Origin: an uncultured Chloroflexia bacterium
GTDB lineage: Bacteria; Chloroflexota; Anaerolineae; JAAYZQ01
NCBI GenBank assembly: GCA_963700285.1
Contig: CAVOXA010000009.1
Location: forward strand, 64,001 to 128,000
Reading direction: 5' to 3'
DNA length: 64,000 bases
Shown in pieces: positions 10,419 through 20,677 of this stretch. The notes below the pieces were generated by a model. It did not search any database. It had not been told where the DNA came from and saw only the letters and a program-made list of their open reading frames with translations. The position numbers and the translations under genes are program-made. The stretch's first letter is position 1; each line of letters starts with the position of its first letter.

Positions 10419-11514
10419 AACCATACGAACCGCAGCGACTGCCCCTGGACTGCATCGACTGGGCGGCCCACGTTACGCTGATCGGCCGGGCCAACGCCGC
10501 CCTGGCCCGCTACGACGGCATGCTGCAGAGCATCGTCAATCCGGCGGTGCTCCTATCGCCCCTGACGACGCGCGAAGCTGTACTCTCTTCGCGGATCGAG
10601 GGTACGCAGGCCACGCTGGGCGAGGTGCTGGAGTTTGAGGCCGGCGAACAAGAGCCGCTCGATCCGTCCCGCAGGACGGACATTCACGAGATCCTCAACT
10701 ACCGCCGGGCCATGGGCCAAGCCGTCAGCGACCTGGAGACGCGGCCCTTTTCCCTGAATCTGCTCAAGCAGCTCCACGCGACATTGCTGGACAGCGTGCG
10801 CGGCCGCGACAAGTCCCCGGGACAGTTCCGGCGGGCCCAGGTCTATATCGCTCCCCAGAGAGAGCCCATCGAGCAGGCCACCTACGTGCCCCCGCCTGGG
10901 AACAGGTGGAGCCCGCTATGGACAACTGGGAGAGGTATCTCCACAGCCGAGGAAAAGGACCCGCTCGTCCAGTTGGCGGTCGCCAAGGCCCAGTTCGAGC
11001 TGATCCATCCTTTCCTGGATGGCAATGGCCGGCTGGGGCGAATGCTGGTGCCCATCTTTCTCTTTGAGAAAGAACTGCTGGCGGACCCCATGTTCTACGT
11101 CAGCGCCTACCTGGAAGAGCACCGCGACCTCTACTACCAGCGGCTGCAAGCCATCTCGCAGGAGAACGACTGGAACGGCTGGGTGGCCTTTTTCCTGACG
11201 GCCCTCGTGGAGCAGGCAGGCACCAACTTGCTCAAGACCCAGAAGATCATGGCGCTCTATGAACGCATGAAGGTGGATGTACCACGTATCACCCGGTCCC
11301 AGTATGCGATCCAGGCCATCGATGCCCTGTTCGACCGGCCTATCTTTCAGACGGCTGACTTTGTGCAGTAGATCGGGCATCCCGAGAGACACGGCATTGA
11401 GGATCTTGAAGCGGCTCAGAGAGGGAGATATTGTACACGAGTTGCGCCCGAAACGCGGCCGGCGCGGGGCGATCATGGTCTTTTCTGAGCTGCTTCCAGA
11501 TTGTGGAGGAATAG
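10415..11514 (+). CDS. Fic family protein with C-terminal wHTH; frameshifted at ~10900-10940 and ~11370
   Basis: REAVLSSRIEGTQAT, QFELIHPFLDGNGRLGR (Fic motif), C-terminal SGIPRDTALRILKRLREGDIV..RGRR. Confidence 0.88.
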
Positions 11515-11515
11515 A

Positions 11516-11913
11516 TTTGTGTTGCATGTATGCCACACAATGTAGTTTGTGTTGCACGAAATGCGATTTATGCAACACAAATCCCTTTGTGTTGCATGGG
11601 CGCCACACAAACCTGCAGCGCACGGGCGCTTGTTGAGTTGTTGAGCGGCTGACAGGCAGTTTGTGCAGGCATACTCTGAAGTGATATGTCGATGTTTCGC
11701 GCGAAACATCGACACGTTCAGAAAACCTGTCGATGGCATCGACATACCCGCGTGGCGGGGAGAGCCCCTGCTGTGACCCGAGACAATCATGTGATGTCGA
11801 GAAGGTGTTTGTGTTTCATGAAACGCGATTTGTGGGGCACAAAGGATTTTGTGTGGCACCTATGCCACACAAACCCCGTTGTGTGGCACGAAATGCGATT
11901 TGTGCCACACAAA
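11516..11913. repeat. Ordered array of inverted half-sites TTTGTGTKGCAY / RTGCMACACAAA (6 pairs) plus two TGTCGATG/CATCGACA pairs
   Basis: Pairs at 11516-11540, 11546-11581, 11586-11611, 11808-11843, 11848-11873, 11879-11913; second motif at 11687-11714 and 11728-11744. Confidence 0.85.
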
Positions 11914-11928
11914 CTGTGGAGATAGGCC

Positions 11929-14900
11929 GTGACCACCGATACAAGTGAAAAGGGACTGGAAGCCCTCATCGTCGCCGCCATGACAGGCGATGGCAGCCAG
12001 CCGCTGCCCGCGTCCGGGACTCGGGAGACGGGCATCGCCTATGGCGGCGACAGGCTGGATCGCCGGCGACCCGAACGACTATGACCGCGAGTACGCCGTG
12101 GACCTGGCGCAACTGGCCGCCTTCCTGCGCGCGACGCAGCCCCAAACCGCCGAGGCGCTGGATCTGGACCAGCGACAGCCCTACGCGCCGCCAGTTCCTG
12201 GCCCGGCTGCAGGGCGAGGTCGCCCGGCGGGGCATCATCGACGTGCTGCGCAACGGCGTCAAGCACGGACAGCACTCGCTCGACCTGTTCTACGGCACGC
12301 CCTCGCCGGGCAACGTCAAGGCCGCCGAGCGCTTTGCCGCCAACCGCTTCAGCGTCACCCGCCAACTGCGCTACAGCCGCGACGAGACGCGGCGCGCCCT
12401 GGACCTGGGCCTGTTCATCAACGGCCTGCCCATCGCCACCTTTGAGCTGAAGAACAACCTGACCAAGCAGACGGTGGAGGACGCCGTGGAGCAGTACCGC
12501 CGCGACCGGGATCCCGCGGGAACTGCTCTTCCAGTTCGGCCGCTGCGTGGTGCATTTTGCCGTGGACGACCAGGAGGTGCGCATGTGCACCCACCTCAAG
12601 GGCAAGGCCTCCTGGTTCCTGCCCTTCGACCAGGGCTGGAACGACGGCGCGGGGAACCCACCCAATCCCCGACGGGCTCAAGACCGACTACCTGTGGAAG
12701 CGGATCCTCACCCCTGCAGGGCCTGACCGACATCCTGGAAAACTATGCCCAGATCGTCGAAAAGAAGGACGAAAAGACGGGCAAGAAGAGAAGGGAGCAG
12801 ATCTTTCCCCGCTACCACCAGCTCGACGTGGTGCGGCGGCTGCTGGCCGATGCGGCGCAGCACGGGGCGGGCCAGCGCTACCTGATCCAGCACTCGGCGG
12901 GCAGCGGCAAGTCGAACTCGATCGCCTGGCTGGCCCACCAGCTCATCGTCCTGCGCAGCGGGATGACTGGCCCCGATGGCGCTCGGGGACAGGTCTTTGA
13001 CTCGATCATCGTCGTCACCGACCGGCGCATCCTCGACAAGCAGATCCGCGACACCATCAAGCAGTACGCCCAGGTGTCGGCCACCGTCGGCCACGCCGAG
13101 CGCTCGGGCGACCTGCGCCGCTTTATCGAGAGCGGCAAAAAGATCATCATCAGCACGGTGCAAAAGTTCCCCTTTATCCTGGACGAGATCGGCAGCGAGC
13201 ACCGCGGGCGGCGCTTTGCCATCATCATCGACGAGGCCCACTCCAGCCAGGGCGGGCGCACGGCGGCGGCCATGAGCATGGCCCTCTCCGAGGCGGGCGA
13301 GGCGGCCGAGGAAGAGACCTTCGAGGACATCATCAACCGCATCATGGAGTCGCGCAAGATGCTGCCCAACGCCAGCTACTTTGCCTTCACCGCCACGCCC
13401 AAGAACAAGACGCTGGAGATTTTTGGCGAGGCGTACCCGGAGGGCGAGCAGGTCAAGCACCGGCCCTTCCACAGCTACACCATGAAGCAGGCCATCCAGG
13501 AGGGCTTTATCCTCGACGTGCTGAGCAGCTACACGCCGGTCGCCAGCTACTACAAGCTGGTCAAGACGGTGGAGGCCGACCCCGAATTCGATACCCGGAA
13601 GGCGCAGAAAAAGCTGCGCCGCTACGTCGAGTCGCACGACCACGCCATCCGCCTCAAGGCCGAGATCATGGTCGATCACTTTCACGACCAGGTGCTCGCC
13701 CTGCGCAAGATCGGCGGCCAGGCGCGGGCCATGGTCGTCACCAGCGGCATCCAGCGCGCCATCCAGTACTATTTTGCCATCCGCGACTATCTGGAGGAGC
13801 GCAAGAGCCCCTACCAGGCCATCGTCGCCTTTTCCGGGGAGCACGAGTACGGCGGCGCCAAGGTCACCGAGGCGTCGCTCAACGGCTTTCCCAGCAGCCA
13901 GATCGCCGACAAGATCCAGGAAGATCCCTACCGCTTTCTGGTGTGCGCCGAAAAGTTCCAGACCGGCTACGACGAGCCGCTGCTGCACACCATGTACGTG
14001 GACAAGATCCTGTCGGGCATCAAGGCGGTGCAGACCCTCTCGCGCCTGAACCGCGCCCACCCGCAGAAGCACGACGTCTTTGTGCTCGACTTTATGAACG
14101 ACGCCGACACCATCCAGGCCGCCTTCGCCGACTATTACCGGACCACCATCCTCAGCGAGGAGACCGACCCCAACAAGCTGCACGACCTGAAGGCCGACCT
14201 CGACGGCTACCAGGTCTACAGCCGAGGAGCAGGTCGATGCGCTGGTGGAGCTGTACCTCGGCGGGGCCGACCGCGACCGGCTGGACCCGATCCTCGACGC
14301 CTGCGTGGCCGACTACAAGGAGCTGGACGAGGATGGCCAGGTGGGCTTCAAGGGCAAGGCCAAGGCCTTCACGCGCACCTACAACTTTTTGGCGTCGATC
14401 CTGCCCTACACCAACGCCGAGTGGGAAAAGCTGTCCATCTTTTTGACCTTCCTGGTGCCCAAGCTGCCCGCGCCCGTGGAGGAGGACCTCTCCCGGGGCA
14501 TCCTCGAGACCATCGACATGGACAGCTACCGCGTCGAAAAGCAGGCGGCGATGGAGATCGCGCTGGCGGACAAGGACGCTGAGATCGAGCCGGTGCCCAC
14601 CAGCGGCGGGGGCTTCACGGCCGAGCCCGAGCTGGACCTCTTGAGCAACATCCTCAAGGCCTTCAACGACCAGTTTGGCAACATCCCCTGGGCCGACACC
14701 GACCGCGTCCACCGGCTGATCACCGAGGAGATCCCAGCGCAGGTCGCGGCCGACACGGCCTACCAGAACGCCAGGCAGCACTCCGACCGCGCAGAACGCA
14801 CGCATCGAACACGACAAAGCACTGGCCCGGGTCATGATCGGCGTGATCAAGGATGACACGGAGCTGTACAAGCAGTTCAGCGACAACGAGTCCTTCCGTC

Positions 14901-14953
14901 GCTGGCTCCTGGATACCGTCTTTGACCTGACGTATGAGACGGCTGCAGCATGA
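11929..14953 (+). CDS. hsdR: Type I R-M restriction subunit R; several apparent frameshifts
   Basis: GTG start MTTDTSEKGLE; TFELKN, QHSAGSGKS, IIIDEAH, FTATP, FQTGYDEP, QTLSRLNR; C-terminal ELYKQFSDNESFRRWL. Confidence 0.92.
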
Positions 14954-15097
14954 GCAGCTTGGGAACTAGACTTCGGCTACTGCACACACCCGTGTCTTGT
15001 GCACCTGAGCGTCCCGCCATTCCCCCATCCTCGCCGGCTCATCCGTCAATCGATCAATCTCCAGCAACCGCTCCAGCCACCGGCGACCTAGATAGAC

Positions 15098-16589
15098 CCT
15101 AAGCCCATTGGTCACAAGTTAAGCTCTTGGGTAGACTGTCAAGTCTACCAGGCGGTATGTCAAAATGGTGATTCAGCCTCTCTCGTTTGACGTAACGCAT
15201 GTTTCGGCGCAAAATGGGTGCATGAGTGACACAAGCAAACCAACCAAAGCGCCGAAAAAGACAAGTTCCGTGCGCCACACACGGGCGATCCAGCGAGACC
15301 GCAGCAAGCGGCCGGATGTCGCACCACCCGACGAGCAGATCGCCAGTCGGCTGAACGAGATCATTCATCCGGCCACACTGGCTCAGGTCGCTCACTTTCA
15401 AGATCTTGGGCTGCGTGAACGAACCTTGACCCTGCCGGTCATGGTTGCCCTCGTGTTGAGCATGGTGTGGCGCCACATCGGTTCGGTCACAGAGCTGACC
15501 AAGATGATGATTACAGAGGGCTTGCTGTGGGCCGAACCGCGCAAAGTCAGCCAACAAGCCTTGTCGGAACGGTTCCGCACTTTTCCATCTATCCTGTTTC
15601 TGCGAGTTCTCCTGGCGGTTCTGCCACTGATGGAGACGCGCTGGAAAAGCCGACAACGGCCTTTGCCCGCGGAGATTGCCTGGGCGCAGGAGCGCTACAC
15701 CAAAGTCATCATTCAGGATGGGTCCACGCTGGACGCCTTGCTGCGCAATGTCGGCTTGCTGAGGGATGCGGAAACGAATCCGTTGGCCGGGCGCATGACG
15801 GCGTTGCTGGACCTGTGTTCGCGGCTGCCGCGTCACATCTGGTACGAAGAGGATGCCCAAGCCCATGATCAGCGGTTTTGGCCGCGCATTCTGGAGCTGC
15901 TCCAGGTCGGCAGTTTGCTTCTCTTCGACCTGGGCTACACCAACTTCAGTGTCTACGCTTTACTGACGACGGCAGGCATCACTTTCGTGACACGAGCCAA
16001 GAGTAACCTGGCCTATGAGGTCGAACGTTATCTGCAGCGGACTGCCCAAGTCCACGAAATCCTGGTTTGGATTGGCAAGGGCGACGACCGGAAGTTGGTT
16101 CGCCTCATCCAGGTTTTGTACCAGGGCAAGTGGTACCGCTACCTGACCAATGAATTGGATACGGAGCGTTTGCCGGCGCCCTACGTGGTGGCACTTTACT
16201 GGCAGCGCTGGCGAATCGAAGATGCGTACAACATCGTCAAGCGGTTGCTGGGTCTGGCATACTTCTGGGTTGGCTCGCAGAACGGTGTCGAGCTTGAGTT
16301 GTGGGCCACCTGGTTGTTGTATGCTGTTTTGGTCGACTTGACGGACGCTATCGCCGAACATCTGAACAAGCCGTTCGCAGCGATTTCTATGGAGATGGTC
16401 TACCGGAGCATCTATTATTTCGCCCAAGCGTACCATCGGGGCGAAACGGACGACCCCGTCGTCTACCTGGCCGACAATGCAAAGTTGCTCGGGGTTGTCG
16501 AACGCAAACGGAAACATCGACCGTCTCCACTTGAGCTGCTCGACTTGACAGATTCATCAGATCCCTAACTTGTGACCAATGGGCTTAGG
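15098..16589 (+). mobile_element. IS4-family insertion sequence
   Basis: 24-bp perfect inverted repeat CCTAAGCCCATTGGTCACAAGTTA at 15098-15121 and 16566-16589; the outer bases may be a TA target duplication. Confidence 0.92.
15222..16568 (+). CDS. IS4-family DDE transposase (intact)
   Basis: IIQDGSTLD, LLFDLGY, YWQRWRIEDAYNIVK (Y-2-R-3-E-6-K signature); stop codon lies in the right IR. Confidence 0.92.
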   Translation: MSDTSKPTKAPKKTSSVRHTRAIQRDRSKRPDVAPPDEQIASRLNEIIHPATLAQVAHFQDLGLRERTLTLPVMVALVLSMVWRHIGSVTELTKMMITEGLLWAEPRKVSQQALSERFRTFPSILFLRVLLAVLPLMETRWKSRQRPLPAEIAWAQERYTKVIIQDGSTLDALLRNVGLLRDAETNPLAGRMTALLDLCSRLPRHIWYEEDAQAHDQRFWPRILELLQVGSLLLFDLGYTNFSVYALLTTAGITFVTRAKSNLAYEVERYLQRTAQVHEILVWIGKGDDRKLVRLIQVLYQGKWYRYLTNELDTERLPAPYVVALYWQRWRIEDAYNIVKRLLGLAYFWVGSQNGVELELWATWLLYAVLVDLTDAIAEHLNKPFAAISMEMVYRSIYYFAQAYHRGETDDPVVYLADNAKLLGVVERKRKHRPSPLELLDLTDSSDP

Positions 16590-16687
16590 ATCTGGGGTGA
16601 CTGCGACCAGCAATTAGACCCCAAGGGTGCGGATCTTTGGTCCGGCGGAAAGCCCTTGGGGTCTGGGGCGACCGGGAGGGAATCAGC

Positions 16688-17875
16688 ATGTCCACCAAAC
16701 GCTGGATCATCTTTATAGCTGCGGAGCTTATCCCGCCGACGCTCTTTCTGATTGTCCTGACGGCTGTTGGCTTGTTCCGCCCGGAACCGACCTTGGGCGC
16801 CATTGGCACCGTCCTGGCCACCTACGGGGGGTGGGCGGCGTTCCTGCACTATGTCAAACTGCTGGACTTTCTGCGGGAAATCGCCCGGACAGCGGAAGGC
16901 GCGTCTACTACGGCACCGGCAGGTCAAAGCGTGATGGCCGGGGGGGATATCCGGGACAGCGAGATCCGGCAGGCAGGCGGGGATATTATTGAAGGCGATC
17001 AGATCGTCTACCAGACCAGCGCTGCCCCCATCATCACCACCCCCTTCAACCTGCCGCCGGACCTGGGGGATTTTACGGGGCGGGAGGCGGAGGTGGCGGC
17101 GGTGCGGGAGCAGCTCCTCGTCGAGGGGGCGATCAACATTACGTCTGGGATGGGGGGGATTGGGAAGACGGCGCTGGCGGTGCACGTGGCGCACGGGCTG
17201 GCCGGGGAGGGGCGGTTTCGGGGACGCGCAGCTGTATATTGACCTGCTGGGGACGCGGGTGCCGCCGATGGCGGCGGGGGCGGCGCTGAATGCGCTGGTG
17301 AGCGCGGTGCTGGGGCCGGACCCACAGCGGACGCGGGACGTGGGGGAACTGACGGGCCTGTGGCGGGGGACGCTGCATGAGAAGGATGCGGTGGTGATCC
17401 TGGATAATGCGGCAGGGGCGGAGCAGGTGCGGCCGCTGCTGCCGGGGGATGGGTCGTGCGCGGTGCTGGTGACGTCGCGGCGGCGGTTTGCGCTGCCGGG
17501 GGCGAAGCGGCTGGACCTGCGGCGGATGCGGGATGGGGATGCGCGGGCGCTGCTGCGGGGGCTGGCGCCGCGGTTGAGCGAGGGGGAGGCGGGGGAGATC
17601 GCGAAGGCGTGCGGGTGCCTGCCGCTGGCGCTGCGGGTGGCGGGGAATTACCTGGGGCTGAATGATGATTGCGCGGTGGGGGATTATCTTTCGCGGCTGG
17701 GGCATGAGCGGCAGCGGCTGAGGGTGCTGCGGGACCCGGACGACCCGGACCTGGACGTGGAGGCGGCGATCGGGTTGAGCGTGGGGCAGTTGGAGGATAA
17801 GCTGCGGGAGGCGTGGGGACTGCTGGTGCTGTTTCCGGCGCCGTTTGACCAGGCGGGGGCGGGGGAGGTAGTGTA
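16688..17875 (+). pseudogene. Membrane-anchored NB-ARC/STAND NTPase, frameshifted at ~17220 and lacking its C-terminal sensor repeats
   Basis: Two hydrophobic helices, LPPDLGDFTGREAE, GMGGIGKTALA (Walker A), VVILDNA (Walker B), LVTSRR, CGCLPLALRV; similarity ends at ~17870. Confidence 0.82.
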
Positions 17876-17907
17876 TCAATTTCGGTGGAAATGCCACCAA
17901 GCTGACC

Positions 17908-18020
17908 TGTCATTCCCGCGATGCTTGCCCCCGAGGAGTCGGGGGGGGGCGGGAATCCACGCGACTGGCAACCGTCACCTTCGCAGAGTGGATGCCCGCC
18001 AGAACCATGCGGGCATGACA
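17908..18020. repeat. Solo GTCATTCCCGC-type REP doublet
   Basis: GTCATTCCCGCG..GCGGGAATCCAC / GTGGATGCCCGC..GCGGGCATGAC; same family as the 8620-8648 repeat. Confidence 0.8.
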
Positions 18021-18142
18021 GGATCGTTAGTGGAGGCCTGCCAGAACCATGCGGGCAGTCACCCTTCTTCCTTCGCTCACATAGGGTCCGTCCCAACTCA
18101 AACTTCCACCGACTTGTATGCACCGCCAACAGCGGGCCTTTC

Positions 18143-18170
18143 TTGACGGAAGGTCAAAACCTGGTATAAT
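18143..18170 (+). promoter_or_regulatory. sigma70-type promoter of the lipid operon
   Basis: TTGACG-16bp-TATAAT with extended TG; GGAGG RBS before ATG 18226. Confidence 0.7.
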
Positions 18171-18225
18171 GGTTCTTGGCTGCTTCTTTCCCTATCAACC
18201 ATGTATCCAAGGAGGAGGGACCCGT

Positions 18226-19386
18226 ATGGCCAAGAGCAAGACCGTGCTGGTGACCGGCGTGGCCGGCTATTGGGGCGCGCAGGTGGCCGACCGGCTGGTC
18301 ACAGAGACCGATTTCCACGTCATCGGTTTGGATGCCAGCCGTCCGGAGCAGGCGGTCCAGGGCCTGGACTTTTTGCAGATCGACGTCCGCAACCCGGCGT
18401 TGGTGGACCTGCTGCAGAGCGAGGAGGTAGAGGCTGTCTGCCACCTGGCCTTCGTGGACACCCTCCAGCCCAACGAGGCGGCCTTTGACCTCAACGTGAT
18501 GGGCACCACCAAGCTGCTGGGGGCCTGTGCCGAGGCGGGGGTGTCCAAAGTGGTCCTCAAGAGCAGCACGGCCGTCTATGGCGCCCGGCCCTCCAATTCA
18601 GCCTTCTTGACCGAGGACCATCCCCACCGCGGCAGCAAGCGTATTGGAGCCATCCGGGATCTGGTCCAGATCGAGGCTTTCTGCAATGGGTTCTGCCGCG
18701 AGCGGCCCGAGATGGCGCTTACCGTTCTCCGCTTTGCCAACATCATCGGGCCTACGGCCGACACGCCGCTGATCCGCTACCTGACAGACCGCTGGGCGCC
18801 CAGCCTGCTGGGCTTTGACCCGCTGATGCAGCTCATCCACGAGGATGACGTGGTGGATGCCCTGGTCCACGCGGTGCTCCATGACGTGCCGGGCGTCTTT
18901 AACGTCGCTGCCGAGGACGTCCTTCCCCTGAACAAGGTCCGCGGCCTGGCCGGCAAGCCGCGCCGGGCTGTCTTCCATCCCTTTGCCTACTGGAGCCAGG
19001 GGCTGCCGGGCCGCCGGAGCCTGGGCTTTGGCCGCCACCTGCCGCTGGACCCCGATTATCTCCGCTATCCCTGCGTCGCCGACCTGACAAAGATGCGGGA
19101 CGAGTTGGATTTCGCGCCCCGTTATACGGCCGAGGAGGCGCTGCTGGAGTTTGCCGAGCAGCGGCGCCTGCGCCAGGTTCTGCCCAAGTCGGCGGTGCTG
19201 GCCCAGAGTGAGGAGCGGCTGCGGGCCATCATCGAGTACCGGGAACGGGGCAGGGAATGGCGGGAGGGCACGTCGGTCGGAGAGACCGTGGGGGCTGTGA
19301 GCGGTGAGGAGGGTGCGGGCGCAGCGAGCCCGGATCCAGAGGTTGGGGCTGGGAGCCATGTCGAGCAGGGAGGCCAGGATGAGTAA
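18226..19386 (+). CDS. NAD-dependent epimerase/dehydratase-like protein (atypical SDR)
   Basis: VLVTGVAGYWG, NVMGT, SSTAVYGA, LGFDPLMQLIHEDD; the YxxxK catalytic motif is not evident. Confidence 0.85.
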   Translation: MAKSKTVLVTGVAGYWGAQVADRLVTETDFHVIGLDASRPEQAVQGLDFLQIDVRNPALVDLLQSEEVEAVCHLAFVDTLQPNEAAFDLNVMGTTKLLGACAEAGVSKVVLKSSTAVYGARPSNSAFLTEDHPHRGSKRIGAIRDLVQIEAFCNGFCRERPEMALTVLRFANIIGPTADTPLIRYLTDRWAPSLLGFDPLMQLIHEDDVVDALVHAVLHDVPGVFNVAAEDVLPLNKVRGLAGKPRRAVFHPFAYWSQGLPGRRSLGFGRHLPLDPDYLRYPCVADLTKMRDELDFAPRYTAEEALLEFAEQRRLRQVLPKSAVLAQSEERLRAIIEYRERGREWREGTSVGETVGAVSGEEGAGAASPDPEVGAGSHVEQGGQDE

Positions 19387-20638
19387 CGAGGAGACGCGAG
19401 CCCGATGCCAGGCCCTGACCCAGACGGGCGAGCCGTGCAAGAATTACGCGCTGGACGGTTCGGATTATTGCCGGGTCCATGCCAAAGGGGCGCCGGTCGG
19501 AGACCTGGCCCAACAAGAGGGGGCGCCGGTCGGAGACCTCGCCCAACAGCGATCCCAACGGGAGATCGCCGATGACCAGGTGCGCGACCAGTTGATCGCC
19601 GAACTGGACGAGCTGACGGAGCGGGTGCAGGCCGCCTCGCCCGACTACCAACCCCCGCCTTTTTCAGCGAAGCGCTTTGTGGCGGTCATCGAGGAACTGT
19701 TGAGCAGGCTGCCGGTGGACGCCCAACTGGACGCCCTGGACAAGCTGCGCGACGCCCTGAGCAAGGACTTGCTGGACATGGAGCTGGTCAAGGGCGCCTG
19801 GTACATGATCAACCACACAGTGGCCTACAATGCGGACGTGATCAAGCGCCGCGCCACCGGTGAGTATGACGTCGACGAATGGGGGCTGGATTGGGAGTTC
19901 CTCGAGGCGGTGCTGCCCTTTTTCAACTTCCTGTACAAGATCTACTGGCGCGTGGACAGCAGCGGCCTGGACAACATACCGGTGCAGGGGCGGGCGCTGC
20001 TGGTGGCCAACCACTCGGGCCAGTTGCCCTGGGACGGCATGATGGTCGCCACGGCCGTGCTGACCGAGCATCCGGCCCAGAGGCTGGTGCGCACCCTGTA
20101 CGGCACGGTGGTTCCCACCCTGCCCTACCTGTCGGCTTGGGCGACCAGGCTGGGGCAGACCCTGGCCACCGAGGAGAATGGCATCAGGCTGCTGGAGCAG
20201 GATGAGGTGGTGGCCGTATTCCCCGAGGGCTACCAGGGCGCGGGCAAGCCCTTCAAGGACCGCTACAACCTGGCCCGCTTTGGCCGGGGCGGGTTCATCC
20301 GCATGGCCCTGAACACCGGGGCGCCCATCATCCCCGTGTCGGTGGTGGGGGCCGAAGAGACCAGTATCTCGCTGGCCAAGCTGCCCATCGGCTCCTCGAC
20401 CTCCAGCATCCCCTACCTGCCCATTACGACGACCTTCCCCTGGCTGGGTCTGTTGGGCTTTTGGCCGCTGCCCACCAAGTGGTACATTGATTTCGGCGAG
20501 CCCATCCCGATAGAGTCCTATGGTCCCGACGCGTCGACCAACCTTGTGCTGGTCTCACAACTGACCGATCACGTGCGCAACGTCGTCCAGGACATGGTCC
20601 ACGAGCGCTTGGCCCAGCGCCGGTCGGTCTTCTTCTAG
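19379..20638 (+). CDS. PlsC-type (lyso)phospholipid acyltransferase with N-terminal CCCH module
   Basis: LLVANHSGQLPWD, VFPEG, APIIPV; N-terminal RCQALTQTGEPCKNYALDGSDYCRVH. Confidence 0.9.
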   Translation: MSNEETRARCQALTQTGEPCKNYALDGSDYCRVHAKGAPVGDLAQQEGAPVGDLAQQRSQREIADDQVRDQLIAELDELTERVQAASPDYQPPPFSAKRFVAVIEELLSRLPVDAQLDALDKLRDALSKDLLDMELVKGAWYMINHTVAYNADVIKRRATGEYDVDEWGLDWEFLEAVLPFFNFLYKIYWRVDSSGLDNIPVQGRALLVANHSGQLPWDGMMVATAVLTEHPAQRLVRTLYGTVVPTLPYLSAWATRLGQTLATEENGIRLLEQDEVVAVFPEGYQGAGKPFKDRYNLARFGRGGFIRMALNTGAPIIPVSVVGAEETSISLAKLPIGSSTSSIPYLPITTTFPWLGLLGFWPLPTKWYIDFGEPIPIESYGPDASTNLVLVSQLTDHVRNVVQDMVHERLAQRRSVFF

Positions 20639-20677
20639 ACCGCTCGATCTCTTTCTGGCCTGCAGGGAACCATAGCC

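Noticed and set aside
11516-11913. CRISPR array, or Cys/His-rich ORFs (11277-11636, 11473-11859, 11686-11925)
   Set aside because: The repeats are 12-bp inverted half-sites, not 25-40 bp direct repeats; the Cys/His richness is just the translation of TGTG/CACA repeats
12708-14183. 491-aa minus-strand ORF
   Set aside because: Antisense shadow of hsdR
5226-14953. Programmed ribosomal frameshifting or an invertase-driven hsdS shufflon
   Set aside because: Frame changes are numerous and lack slippery-site context; all hsdS pieces are in direct orientation and no recombinase gene is present
17008-18129. Pro-rich 373-aa minus-strand ORF
   Set aside because: By-product of the G-rich NB-ARC coding strand
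4462-18140. Integrative element with att sites
   Set aside because: No integrase, tRNA target or flanking direct repeats were found by eye
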